A stretch of 64,000 nt of DNA from Azolla caroliniana (taxonomy: Eukaryota > Plantae > Polypodiophyta). Made by a program: the position numbers and the translations under genes. The notes below the pieces were generated by a model. It did not search any database, was not told the DNA's origin, and saw only the letters and a program-made list of their open reading frames with translations. Location: contig JBHGNT010000020.1 in the NCBI GenBank assembly GCA_043228905.1, positions 11,532,001 to 11,596,000 of the forward strand, in the 5' to 3' direction. Numbering within the stretch: the first letter of the stretch is position 1; every line of letters begins with the position of its first letter. Positions 1 through 14,000 of this stretch are shown here, piece by piece.

Positions 1-44
1 AGGATACACAAGACGAGGCTATAAGTAAGGAGGACTTTTTAGAT

Positions 45-785
45 ATGTTTAATCGTTTAACAAAAATAGCGATGGATATGAAAAAATGGGTGAAAGACGC
101 CGAAACCCACAAGAAAAAAGATAGAGAGGAAAAATACGCCCTCAAGGCCGAAATAGAAAAACTTAAAGAGGAAAACACAAACCTCAAACAACAACTTAAT
201 GACATCGAGGTATCCCGAGAGGGCGGTGAAATATCCTCCATAGAGGATATAAAAGATGAGATCAAAAAAGTTAAAGAGGAGGTTAAAAATAACATAGAGT
301 TAGCAAAAACAGGTTAGGTAGATGTGGTTAAAAGAAACATTAAAAAAGAAATAAAAGATGAAAATATTGTTAATACCACCCTTGAAGATGAGAAAATGCG
401 TCAGGCCCGACGCCTAAATGTGCGTGTCACTAGGCTCAAGGAAGGTGCATCCTCGGACGAGGATGCACAAACACTCGGGAAAATGTTAGGGTACACAACG
501 ACCCTACCTATCACCAAAGCTTGGAGGGCCGAATGCGACACAACTAGGAAGAGAGCCTTAGTTCTTCAATTTAAAGACTTAGACTCTAGAATCACTTTCT
601 TTAAGAAGAGTCCAATTCTTCGAGGATTGGGTGGGGACCCTATCTATCTCGATGAAGACCTCACCAAGATGCAAATTGAGCATGGCAAGAGTTGTATGCC
701 AAAGGTTATGCAAGCTCATAAAGAAGGGCATCGCGCCTTTTATCAAGATGGGCGAGTGATCATAAATGATCACACTACTAATTGA
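45..785 (+). pseudogene. LINE ORF1 (coiled coil plus RRM/CTD-like region), interrupted by an in-frame stop at 315-317
   Basis: ORFs 45-317 and 324-785 are in the same frame. E/K-rich coiled coil, then RLNVRV..LVLQF..IYLDEDLT, typical of non-LTR ORF1p. Confidence 0.75.
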
Positions 786-791
786 CGGCGT

Positions 792-3700
792 GTGGCCCAT
801 GTGACAGAAAACACATTTAGGATGACCTTATGGAATTGTAACGACACACTCTGGACAAACCTCGGCCGCCTAGAGGAGATATTAAAGGAATCAGATATAG
901 TTTTCCTAGTAGAAACACACCAAAGCCCAAATAGGGGACTCCCACGAGTCGAAGGATTTCGTTGGGAGTCGGCTTTTAGACAAACCTCACGTCGATGCAC
1001 TACTAGGGGATTTGGAGGTGTCGCAATATTGTTTCAGAGGGAGCTACATAATAGGATAGAAATACTGAGCACAGACCCAGAAGCTCGTTTTATGTGGGTG
1101 AAAGTCTCCACAAGCCAGGACAAGGTAGTATTTTTCGCCATTTGTTACTTCCCCCCGAAAGGCTCTCATTATAATCTGGTTGGTGAGGGGAGATTAGTTG
1201 ATGAAGGAGTGCCACATGGGCCTTCCCCATATGAACCTCTATCGGATGACATAATCCGATATTCTTCCCAAGGAGAAGTATTCCTTGTAGGAGACTTTAA
1301 TGCGAGAACCCAATCCCGACAATGCACAATATTTCAAATGAATAGAAACCTAGAAATGGTAAATGGAAATCCTTTAGACATAGGCACCACACATAGATCA
1401 AAGGATCAAGGCGCGGACGCCACGAGCTTTGGCCATCATTTGCTCGAACTTGGCAGTCGGCACCAAATGGTCATATATAATGGTTTAGCCAAGTGGCCAG
1501 GTTCGGAAGAGCTCACATGTTTCCCACATGGAGGAGGGGAAAGCACAGTTGATTATCTAATAGGACGCCCTGAAGCTACCCACATGATTAACTCCTTCCG
1601 AGTGGCCCCATGTCCTATTGGCGCAAACCATAGTTTCTTATACTTCAAGCTAAAATGTGATATCTCTAACGTTACCAACTCTAATCAACCACGCCATGAC
1701 ATCACAATACATTTCACACATGAGCTCTCTGACATATATGCTTGACATGTTCAAGCCCATCTCTCCTCCCTTGATCCCTCCCTACCTTTAGAGAGCCTTA
1801 GTACGAAACTCACACACATCCTTCAATCTACAACAGTTAGCAGTTTCCCATACAGAAACACTCAAATCAAGGTAAAGTAGGATCTATGCCATAAAATAGA
1901 TGGTATGATGAGAATTGTAGGTGCTTACATAGACAACTTACAATATCGTAACTCAATGGTAGTATTACCTCAGTACAAGCTCGTAAAGAAATGTGCAAGA
2001 TGACACGTCGTACGTAAGAGACGAGCATGGGAGGCATCCCAATATTGGGAACTCTACCATATGCTCATGAGTAGCGATTGTGCCACTGCATGGAAGAGAT
2101 TACGGGAACCAAGACCACAAACACCCATCGAAGATCCCGAAACTTGGTACACTTATACAGAGAGACTTTACCAAATCCCAAACCAACCACCCATTAGAAT
2201 GCCTTCTACACCCCGACCTACTGTGGGGACACTCTTCACGACCTCTAGGGTCATGAAGGTCATAAAGAAATTACAACATAGGAAGTCCATGGACCACACA
2301 GGATTGTGAGCAAAACACATCATATATGCAAGAGAGTGCCTAGCTCCCTTGCTAACTCTAATCTTCAATTGCACCCTCGTAGAGGGTTTTCCACCACAAT
2401 GGACCATGAACACAGTGGCCCCCATACATAAAGAGGGGGACCCCATGAACCCAAATACTTGCTAAATTATATGGTGCAGTAATGGAGGCAGAGCTTAGCG
2501 ATTATATGGAGACCTTAAATCTTCATGCACCTGAACAGGCTGGCTTTAGACGAGCCTTGTCCACTATTGATCATATCTTCACACTTAAATGCTTAATTGA
2601 CCAGACTAAGGCTCACAAGAAGAAACTATATTGTTGTTTTGTGGACTTCCACAAAGCCTTTGACACGGTCCCTAGAGAGCAGTTGTTTGATAGGCTTAAG
2701 AGCTTGAGGATACCAGATGACATGGTTTGGGCCATCTACGCACTATATGAACAAGTGTCTGGGTGTGTTCGATGCCCATGTGGCATATCCAATAGTTTCA
2801 CTAGCACTATTGGTGTAAAACAAGGTTGCCCCTTATCTCCGACTCTTTTTGGGATCTACATTGATGAGATCACAGATTTTATTGCTCATAAGGGAGGCAA
2901 TGGAGTAGTCCTTGGGGATACACAGGTGCGTATCTTGCTCTATGCAGATGACATAGTTTTGCTCTTTGAATCCGAACGCGACCTACAAAGGCACCTTAAT
3001 GCCTTAGATGTCTTTTGCACACAACGAGGATTGGTAGTGAATCTAGGGAAAACTAAAGTCCTTATCTTCCACACGTCGGCCCAAGTTAGAGCTAAGTGTC
3101 ACCTAACTATCTCCCATAGCCCAGTTGAGGTGGTTGGATCATATGTCTATCTCGGAGTCACTTTCAGTGCCCGCTCAAGTAAATTTTCGATGACACAAGC
3201 AGTGAAGGATAGACTTACAGGAGGACATGCATCCCTCTCACTCCTCGAGAGACAATGCCACCAAGCATACTTCCAAGAGCCACGAACTAAAGGGTGGCTC
3301 TTTGACTCATTAGTGACTCCCTCTCTCATGTATGCATCAGCGGTTTGGGCTCCAGGACTACCATCTTTCATGTGGACGCAATTAGAGAGACCATTGGTGA
3401 TGATGTTATCACGCCAACTCCGAAGCAAATCGTCAGTCCCACATGACATTATTAGGGCTGAGTTCACTCTACCCCCTATGTTAGTAGAAGCCCTTTTTCA
3501 ACTTGTAGTCTTTATCCACAGGATACATAACCAACCACTTGATAGAATATCCCATCAAGCCTTTAAGGCTTCTTGAGCACTGTATGAGTCCGGCTATACT
3601 AGTTCATGGTATGGCATGATGGTGAGTTGGCTTCTTGCCAACGGTTTAGACATTAATAACCTCCCCCCCCTTAAGTACGACCACACGACTGATAACACTT

Positions 3701-4510
3701 TAATCTCTCATGAGGACCGTAATAAAGTAATACGCCAAGAAATATGGAAAATTTATACTCGGTATAAATGGATCACCCCACTAGAGCCACTCCCATCTAA
3801 AATGTTGTACTATAAGGAACAGTTTATGCACTTCTCTAAGTTAGGTTTTATTTACGCGGCCAAGATATCTAGATGTATTCTTACCACATGCACTAAGGGT
3901 TGCCATTGGTCGACTTAGAATATAATCTCACCAACTTGAGATTGAGAATGGACGTACTAATGGAGTCCCTAGGGAGGAAAGGATATGTAGGTTATGCCAC
4001 ATAGAGATAGAGGATGAGTACCATTTTACATGCAAATGCCCCACCTATGCCAAGATAAGGGCAAAATACCAAGACATACTTGGTTCCTCTCTCACCCTCC
4101 CTAAACTATTAGATACACTAGATATAAAGAAATTAGGTAGATACATCGTAGAATTGAAACAACACAGAGAGAATAAGTTACAAAACATTGATAATAATGT
4201 TGCTAATGTTTACCAACATGTAACAAATGAAGTTTTTCAGGAACAGGGGGAGACAATGAATGTCGACACACCTGCACCAATCGGGCTTTTCCTTGATGAA
4301 GCAGAAAATCAAAGAAGAACCAAACGCCCTTGGATGCCAGGTTTCAAAGCAACTCGACGAGATGTAAAAGCAATAAAGAAAATAAGGGAACGTGAACTAC
4401 ACCGCCTAGAAGCCATGGCTAGGGCACTCTATACACCGGGACCATGGGTCACACCCACACCAAAAACTTTTGACCTCCCACTTCTTTTTGAGAGACTTGG
4501 GTGGAAATGA
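792..4510 (+). pseudogene. LINE ORF2 (endonuclease, reverse transcriptase, Cys/His domain) with stops and frameshifts
   Basis: ORF pieces 792-1745, 2061-2309, 2482-3576, 3616-3918 and 4154-4510 carry consecutive EN, RT (YADD at about 2941) and C-terminal motifs. Confidence 0.9.
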
Positions 4511-4678
4511 GATTAGGCTTAGTGCAAAGTTTTGTACACTACTAGAACTCTCTTAACTTAAGCTATTTTCTTTTATTTTAGTTTTGATGATTGGATAAAC
4601 ACTCATTTTTGTTGTAAACCAATTGTCTCATGGGCCAAATTTGGCCTTAGAAGACGTTAATATTTCTTTCTTTCTTTC

Positions 4679-5370
4679 AAAGTGATGATGATTATTGCCT
4701 ATATTTGAAAGGAAGAAACATCTTTCTCATCCTCTACGTGGATAAAATGTTGCTCACTGGCCAAAATTTTCGTGAGCATGATGGCCTCAAACAACAACTA
4801 CAATTGAATTTGTCCATGAAGTGCTTACTTCCCATGTGACATATTCTCAGTATGAAGATCACATGGCATAGAACCACACAATAGTCGTGTCTGTCTCAAG
4901 ACAATTACATCCAACAAAATTTGGAGAAATTCAATGTATGCATTTGGCCAAATCGGCAATGACACAGCCAACTACCAAGCTTAGGCTTTCTCAAAAAGAT
5001 TTCCCAACATCCAATATGGAGGGGGATCATATGAAATCAGTACCATGCACACAAGGTGTTGGCTCTTTCATGCACGTTCACAACCCCACCAAACTTAGCA
5101 CATGCAATTGGGATAATAAGCATATTTATGCACAACCTTAGCCGACCGCACTAGAATATAGTGAAGTATATCTTCATATATTTGATTGGCATACAAGAAT
5201 TAAGCATAAGATTATGCATGACAAACCCTCAACTCGACACAACTAACTTAGTCGATTATACAGATTCAAACTATGTAGGATGCTTGGACATGCGGAAATC
5301 AACCTCAAGGTATATCTTCCAATAGTGGAGCAATCTTGTGGAGATTAAAACTTCAAGAGTTCATGCTTCC
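4679..5370 (+). mobile_element. Ty1/Copia RT-RNase H remnant flanking the LINE 3' end (probable insertion target)
   Basis: Translates in pieces to LILYVDKMLLTG (degenerate YVDD), DYTDSNYVGCLDMRKSTSRYIF and WRLKLQE. Confidence 0.75.
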
Positions 5371-8300
5371 ACTAGCTCATTTTAATCATTTAAGCCAAAT
5401 TCATTCTTGATTCCACAAAACATATTCTTCTTGTGCAACCCAATCAAGTGACCATTGAGGATAGATGGGTAGATCATGCCATGAATTGTGGGTAGACAAA
5501 ATAATTATATATCATGGTTGTACATAGTATAGATATAAGATCACATTGTACCATCATCATGGCATTGCAACATTATGACAATCAAATACTAATGATAAGA
5601 CATTATTGGAAAAGTTAAGGAAAATAATATTTTAAGGGTGTTTAAACACACCCACCACCTTGGATTGGAGGACAAAAGACAACTATAAAACCCCATCAAC
5701 GTTCCATACCATAAAATATGGTCATCGTATTATACCATTTTTCCATGTATCCCATCCTTAAACCATTAAAATTAACCTTTAGAACTAGCCAAGGTATGCT
5801 CGCAAAAAAACGTCATGGATCATCATGATTATTGTCAAAGCATCACAACATCATGTATCACAATTAGTCATCCTCCTCATCTTGTCCTTCCCATTGACCA
5901 CATGTCTCATTGCATCTATTTTCATTTGTTGGATAACTAAAGAAGAAATATTTCATCTCTACCTCTAGTAGATGTTAATACAACTTTCTTTCTCTCTAGT
6001 ATCTACAATAATGAAATGCAATGCAACTTTAAAGTGTGGGAATGTGCACAATTTTCAAACATGAAAAAATGGTTGAATAGAAGCACAATTAATTTCAAAG
6101 ATAGTATTCAAATGAATGCTCTGAGGTTCTCTCATCCAATCTCTTAAATTGTTGGAAACTCGAGAAAGAATCTTAGAGGAAGTAAGTGTTTTTGTCTTTT
6201 GTCCAAAGGGGGGCCTTATATTTGTTAATTACTTGTAATGTGTAGCACGACCCATGAAAACATCGGCATTGGCATGGGTACTAAACCAAATGCAAGACTA
6301 GGAAAAAGGGGGGTATAACAAAAATGTCTCTAGAGCTTGAAGCCAAATGGCCACCCCAATGTGAAACAGGACAACCCTTTTATAGAAAAAAGTTATAAAA
6401 GTCACCTTTTTGTGACTTAGTTTCTTCTTCAATTTGTAGACTTAAGCCCCTTCTATAATGCAAACTAGAGCTCTCTCTTTCTCCCCCTTCTTTTTTCCAA
6501 AAAAAGAATATACTCCATTAGTTAAAATATCCTTCTAAACCCTATGTTGGTTGTACAATATACTCCATTAGTTAAACTTATCCTATCATTCTCATCTACT
6601 ATATACCCTATGTTGGTTGTACAAAAGCTCGCTACTAGACATCTACTTACATATGGGCGACATCACTTATTTATCTTACACTTTCGCATATATCTCTAAC
6701 CAAACTTTCCATACACATCACCTGCATTCAATAGCCCACATGTTTGTTCTCTATGTATCTCATCTCATTCATGCCCCTCTTTCGACTAATGGGAGGGGGG
6801 AACAACCACCTGGTTACTACGTACTGCCATCGTATATCCATTCCATTTTCTACATCCATCGGTGTCGTACACCAACGTTTTCTGAAATTCAACCTCATTA
6901 GTTCTCCCCCTTCTCTTCCCTATTTTTGGAGCGATAAATTGTTCTATTCTATTTTACTCATTTGTAGAGTGAGAAATTAAGAATAAGTGCTAACTAGCCA
7001 AACCTTAATCAACTTTCCTTCTTGCATGTATTGTGATAACCCATTTAATTGAGGTGTGGTTATTATCTTATTATGTGACTTTGTCTTATGATGATTAATA
7101 CTTAACGCTTAAACCCCAATGAGGTTCTAGTTAATATCTCACTAAAGTTATCACATGAAAAAAGCAAGTGAGGATTCACAAGATAACTATAGACATCACT
7201 AGTAGCTTGAGGACGATTGGCTATCATTCTCACTTAGTTCACCACAAATGAGGTATACGGTGGTCTAAATCCCCTAGCCAATGAATCCATTAAGGGGAAA
7301 GAAAGCCCTACAAAACAAAGAGGTGGCGTTAGTGTGAGACACCTAAGGTGACACAATATTCTACATATTTGTACCATGTCACATTTGAGGAAGCGAAGAT
7401 GCTTGGTTTTGGATTTGAAGAGAATATTGTATTCGAGTTAGGGAATACATATGACATATTAACAAGGAATATTGTGGCACATACCCAACAATCCAATGTT
7501 ACCATTTCGACAAAACTTACATGCTTGATATATCTAAAAGAATATGTAGAGGATTGTGCACAATATCATCTCCTTTCTAAATGTTTCTACTTTTAATTTA
7601 AGCCTAAACTATATATTTCTACATGGGCATTCAAAGTTCAAACATTATTGCAACTATGATAGTGCAATCCATCTATGGCTCAATTGTTGGGAATTCAATT
7701 CCTTTCCAAAGAAGATTTATAAGTGTCTTATCTAGGTACCAAAGTTTTTTGTATTGTAAAATCATCGAGTCATATGCTATTTTTGTTATTTATGTTGATA
7801 TCGAGTGAGCACATATTATTCTTTGTATAGAAAGACATGTTAAACATAAGAACCCCACCAATGTCGTGGTTTTTTACTTATGGATGCTTATGTTCAAGTG
7901 TCATACTAATGTGGTGGTTTCTAATATGTGAACATTATGGTCATAACTTACTAGAGATGCATCTTTCAAATGCTTACGTTCGAGTGGTATGGATGCTATG
8001 GTTTTTGAGATATGGACATTATGTTAATAGCATCTTATGGATGTTTATGTTTTTCCTATGCATAATGCATTTGATAATAAAGAGTTTACTTATAGAGCAC
8101 GGAAGAACAAAATTGCATATTTTGATGACATATGCAATATGGGGATAGTGGTTATTAATACGAGATTTTATGCATATGTTCTTTGGTTTGCTTTTTATGT
8201 ACATCAACTATTATCCGTATGAAATATCTCTCAAATGGTTAACTTTTGGGATCGAGTTGTGTTCCTAATAGATTCTATCTACCAATCTATCCTTGGAAGT

Positions 8301-10439
8301 TGTGTCTAAGCGCTATGAATATTTATTGGTAACCTTCTCTGAATTAATGAGTTTATGATCCAAGGTAATTAATTTGAAGATACTATCTAACAATTTACCA
8401 TAATAGACTTATATTCCTCTTAAATTACCAGGATAACTCTAACTTTTAATATCAACATATGTCAAACTTTCTAGTATTTAAGAAACTAACACATCCTTTT
8501 TTTAAATATCAAGTTAACGCAAGTATTTGGATTTTTAGGATCGATGTCATTATCTGGTGTATGCTAAGGGAGAAAAGAGTCAAAAAGTCAAGTTTTACAA
8601 AAGGTCAAGGTTCTGGATGAAGAGGTCACTCAAGGAAAAAGCTAGAAAACGGTGATTAAGACAATATTTAGCAAAAGATAGCCATAATAGTAAAAGAGTT
8701 TATCACATGAACAAAAGGGTCAAACATTTGATGCTTGCTAAATCAATTCTAAGGGAAAAGGTGATTTACAATGTGCAAGAGACAAAATGGAGCATGCCAT
8801 AAATATGAACGCAATAATTCTCATTGAAGGCCTATGATGACTAAAAGTGGCGTGGTCGCCGATCATAGACTCACCAAACCTAAACTCAAGGATCTTCTCC
8901 CCAACAATCTTTCGATTTTATATCTTTCGTTATCCTAATATCTCTTACCCTATGTAATGGGGTTAATCGACATTCTAAAAACTCTTTGTATCTTAATTAA
9001 AAGTCCTTTTGAATTTGATTGTAAAATGCTTGAACTTTTTTCATTTTCATGTACCCAAAATTTATGTATTTGGATAATCGAGATCAAATAAGAATTGTTA
9101 CAGAATTTTTGGCTCGAAAATCTTAGCACCGTGTGTTAAACTAAACTACACTAAAAAACTATCCTAATTTTGTGGGAGACAAGATTCAAGTTTTTACATT
9201 TAAGTGATCAATGTTACCATCATCAAGTGGCGTCTAGGAGGAATGCAAGAAAGTTTTCAATTTGTAAATCCAAGTATTAAGGGGAAAGTTGGAGAGGAAA
9301 TCAAATTTGATTGACAACATGATTCAAACTCGCAATATTAAATTCCATGGAATCTAGCATCTGACTGGCAAGGCAGTGTTCATAATTATGGAGGATCGTC
9401 TAGAGTTGTTGAAGGCTAAAAAAATCTTTGGGTAAACCAATTACCCAAAGACCTAGGCTCACTCAAAGTGGCGGGGGACTCAGGAGTACATCCCCCAAAT
9501 ACCCTCATTACCAATAAAAACCTACTCTCATATAAGAAATTACTTCCCTACGATATATAAACCTATACATACACAATCACGCACACACATACTCAAAACC
9601 ATATTGCACCAAAATTCACGCATTTTTATAGATTCAAAAAAAATACTTACACAATTACACCCATACGAGAACTGGCGAACCTTTGCACATCAAATTCAAG
9701 CACTTATTCACATGTTCACACATTTGTACATGCACACATACATATCTTGCATATACTTATATAAACAAACCTGCAAGTAAATAATAAACACATAAACATA
9801 TGCACAAGTTGTAATATACAAACACTTGTGCAACTAAACACATGTTTATTTGTAGGCATTATACCCATATATGGGCATACATCTGTGAAAAATACAAGAA
9901 GTTAGAGTGTTTATTGGAACAAATATCCCCAAAAGAGCTATCATTTACTTGCACCATACATTTTGGCACTTAAAAGTGATCCCACACATTTCAAGTGGAA
10001 TATCATTCATCCACAACCCATTATCAAGGACACCATCTTCTTTGGTTCAAGTCCTTGGTGGTCCTGTTCAATATTCTCACACAAGCACATAATTTTCGTT
10101 ACATCATGAAATCCAGTTATTAGTACATATACTCGTGTCTCTCTCTTCACTATTCCATTATTTTGAAGCATACAAGTCATGGAGAGGGGAAGGTGATGGG
10201 AACATCCTATGCTACACGGGGTCTAAAAGGCGTTCCTTGAAACTGCTTTCTAAAAGCCAATCCCTATTCCAGATTTTATCGTTGATAACTTGATGCCTCC
10301 TCCTAGTATGCAGCTTTGCATTAATGGTTTGCCTTTTTGTAAGAATCACAATGTCAAAACATTTCGGGGGTGCATTTACTACATTTGAATAATTCAAATT
10401 GTGCATATACATAGAACTATTGTCTATTTATTATATGCA

Positions 10440-11050
10440 AATAATCGAAAAAACAAGTTGTCATGTTCGATCTTCCTTGTTCAAGTATATTTAAATACAA
10501 GTACAACAAGATTTGCCATGTGACCACTATATTATGCAATACGGTCCAAGGCTTATCTCATCAAAATCAACATTTTTATTGTTGGAGTATCATGTCCTTA
10601 TACTTTAATAAGATCATATTGCCTTCTTTAATGTATAAATGATCTATTATTTATAATATCTAAATAATAGAGTTCTATTTTGTACTGTTTGTTCTTTGGT
10701 GAAAAAAGTTGATGTAGCGAGAAAACACCATCAATGTACTAAAGTTCATATGGTTGCCACTCGTAGTTATTTTTACATTTTTACGAATGTAATTCCATGT
10801 TAAATATTGAAGATAGTTATGATGCTTTTGAATTTGTCCAAGCCAGCATATCATAATTCTATAATGGTGCCCTCAAATTTTGCATTCCGAAAATCTTGAA
10901 AGCTTTTGTAAGTATCATTCCCTAGGCCATGTTTAATACCAATGTATTTGGAAACATAGACTTCATGAACATGTTTTGTCTTAATAGTAGTTTTTTGTTA
11001 TGGATATGCCATAGAGCTATTGAAAAGCATCTCCAAAGTAGTACACAAGG
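10440..11050 (-). mobile_element. Possible highly decayed DNA transposase fossil (Sola1-like)
   Basis: Minus-strand fragments in order: GDAFQ*LYGIS (about 11002-11034), NFST..C-like (about 10725-10750) and HG..QGRSNMT (about 10457-10525). Weak motif-level resemblance only. Confidence 0.3.
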
Positions 11051-14000
11051 TAGGTCTGAACAGAAGACTTGCAAAGCAATCATGAACATGATTGGTGCGA
11101 AAAGAAAAGTATTCCCTACACATGGGTTGAATTAGTAGATGTTATTGGTAGCCCAAATATTGGAGGATGCTCTTGAGTTAGGCAAAAAATGTAACCACAT
11201 TCAATATATATGCATTTCTACTTTTCTCTTTTCCCCTATATACCAAGGACAAATAAACTCAAGATTTGGACACATGTTATAAGTCAAACTTATCCTCATT
11301 GGATCATGCAAACCATGATAACATTTGATAGGCACATTTGGATTGCTAAAGGACCTTCATCTTATGTGTTCTAAACACATATCATTCCTTCAACAACTAC
11401 CTTGCAACATGGAAGTATTTGACTTCAACAATAACCTCAAGCATTTTCCAAATAATTGTGATCTGCAAGTGGAATGAATATAAAGATTCTTATATGTTTC
11501 AGCATTTATTTCTAATGTTTTACCTATGTGGATCATAGAATGGGATTTTGTGACAATAGAGATAAAGCATCCTAGATTGTTTAACTTAAATCCTATGTCC
11601 TGCCACAAGCTATATGGTCGAAATGTGATGGAAAAGGAAATGATGGCATTCTTGTTCGTGAAGACAAGTAAAAAGTGTGATGTAAAAAGAAAATTGTGAC
11701 ATTATTGTCCATGAATATGAAAGCATGGTAGTGCCAATGTTGTTGGTTTCAGAAAGAACATTATTTATGGGTAACATTTTAAGATAAATAGACTTCTACA
11801 TCTCAACGTCATAGCTAAAAAATGGAGAGAAAGCATGTTACGCATTAATTCCTCCGCCGTCTAAAAGTATGGTGCTTAGGTTCATTTGGATATATTTTGT
11901 GGGTATTGAAAAAGCCATTGAAATGGTAGCCCAAACAAGCCAACCTGTCTCAATCTTGTTGAGAGCTTATAAGTGATGTTCAAAGTTTTGAAACGAACAA
12001 CTTCTTACAATGACTTTTTATGTATCCAAGGATCAAGCTAGGTATGACTTTATATAATCTCAAATTGATTATAATTCTCAATTCTTTGACTAAATTAGTT
12101 ATCAACAACAATGAGTGGAAATGATGAATATTGTCAAGTAAATGTCTTGTCATTTATCCAACACATTGTTTAGTTTGAGATTGTGATAAGTGTACAACAA
12201 AGTATATGCTTTCTAGTTTAATGGCCATTATTTGTCTGTATTGATTGTTAAACAACTCGTGACATGTAAACTAATGTAATAATAATGGTCACCAATGATC
12301 AATTTCATATAAGTCACGTCAAACCTCAAACTAAAGACAATCCATTTTCCACCGAATGATTGAAGGAGAATCTTCTTCCAAATATAGAGCAAAGGATCGT
12401 AAACAACTCAATAACAATATCATTAAAATATGAATGGCAATTGCAACCCACACATGACATTCACACGACAAAGAGAGTCTTTTCATATGTTTGCTTCCCA
12501 CATTTCCTAATATCATTTTTTGGCACAACGCTCGATGCGTAAGATAGAAGTCATGCTAGAAATAAGCAACTTTATCTTCGTTTTTAAGCAATGGAAAGAA
12601 TACGTGCTAACTTCGACATAAATTCAACAGTGGCACCACCTACTTTCATGATGTGAAGTGAATTGACCCATTTATCATTGTACATAGGTTTTGATGTTTT
12701 TGTTTATACTTTTATAATGTGTTGTGATTGCTCGTTGGGTATTTTGGTGTGTGTGCATATACAATGTGATCGTTGATGGCAATGAGCAAAACAATGCCTA
12801 TCCATAAAAAGGTCCAATACTGATATTCAATTCAATTGAAAAAAATGACAAAGGTGATGTTTGGAAAAGATCACAAGATTTTCGGGCTCCTGTCGACAAA
12901 TGAAATAACTCATCCAATCAATCAATTCGGTGATTGCTTACGTGAAAGACTTATCCAAATGCAAATATTTTGAAAAATATCAATTAACCAAGTCAATGTT
13001 TATGAGGAAGATAAATATCAAGAAAAGCGTGAAAGAGGTATTTCCACGCCAGAAAGTGACATTCATCTCAGTCTTTACAATTGATTTGCAAAAACAAAAG
13101 AAGATAAATGGCAAAGTTCAAACAATTATTGAATAGGCTAAGCCACAAAAACGGAACAAGAACGAAACGTAAGGCTTTTGGAGTTATAAGTGGCTCTTTG
13201 TCCACATAAAAAACTAGTATTTACTAGAAACAATGATAGAGCGTAAAATTTGGTAAATAGGAAGAGGATATGGACCACATTGGCAAAAAGCATTGTAACA
13301 TCCAATGAAGCAAGCAAAGAATCCATACTAATATGTGTGTCACAGTGATGCCGAGATCAACATGGGACAATGGCATGTAAGGATGAGACATAGAAGGGCA
13401 TGCATGGAAAGGGGACATAGTGCCTAGGTTCGAAGGTCTATCCGTTAAACCATCCCTCACATGTGACCTACTCTTTTTACTACCATAACATTGCCTTTTG
13501 TTAGGGAAAGGACGTTCTTTCCACCATTGGGCCGTGCAATATTTAATTGGGCTAGTGTTTGGGATCAAATTGTTAGATGAATGATCACATTCTAACCAAT
13601 ATCAAAACAAGGAAGCATTGAAGAGCCAAAAAGGTTTTGTATAGAAGCAATTGTGAATAGTTGGAATGAAGCATGGGAAAATGATTTCTAGTAGGCAATG
13701 CATTTTCTTGTTGCATTCATAAAAAATTGGACTATGTCGGGGGGTAGGGTGGCAACAGTGAATTGGCCGTGGAAGAAGAAGGAATTGGATGTGACCAACC
13801 TGGAAGATATAGTATTGAAGCAACCTTGTGACACTAGGAGGAGTAGATCAACAATGTCGTATCAACATGGTTGAAAGTGTGGGCAAGGGAAGCTCATACA
13901 GAATGTGGAAAAGAATGAAGTAGCAAGAAGGAGAGCCTTGCATGCAATATAGAGGAAATGGGTTGATAACTCGACACATTGTTCACTAATTGAAACCGTA

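Larger units (their letters stand above)
1..4678 (+). mobile_element. Non-LTR retrotransposon (LINE), RTE-X-like, near full length, decayed; 5' end outside the window
   Basis: ORF1, then APE endonuclease (TLWNCN..FLVETH..VGDFNAR..STVDY), RT ([33 protein letters not shown]) and a C-terminal SHQLEIENGR..ERICRLC..EDEYHF..CP motif. Ends in a hairpin plus (TTTC)n tail at 4663-4678. Clade assignment is from motif recognition only. Confidence 0.9.

Noticed and set aside
6507-6624. Short imperfect duplication (aatatactccattagttaaa / ccctatgttggttgtacaa)
   Set aside because: Ordinary local duplication in decayed repeat DNA.
5400-9900. Possible LTR/Gypsy remnants and small ORFs
   Set aside because: Too degraded to assign termini or domains by eye, so left unannotated.
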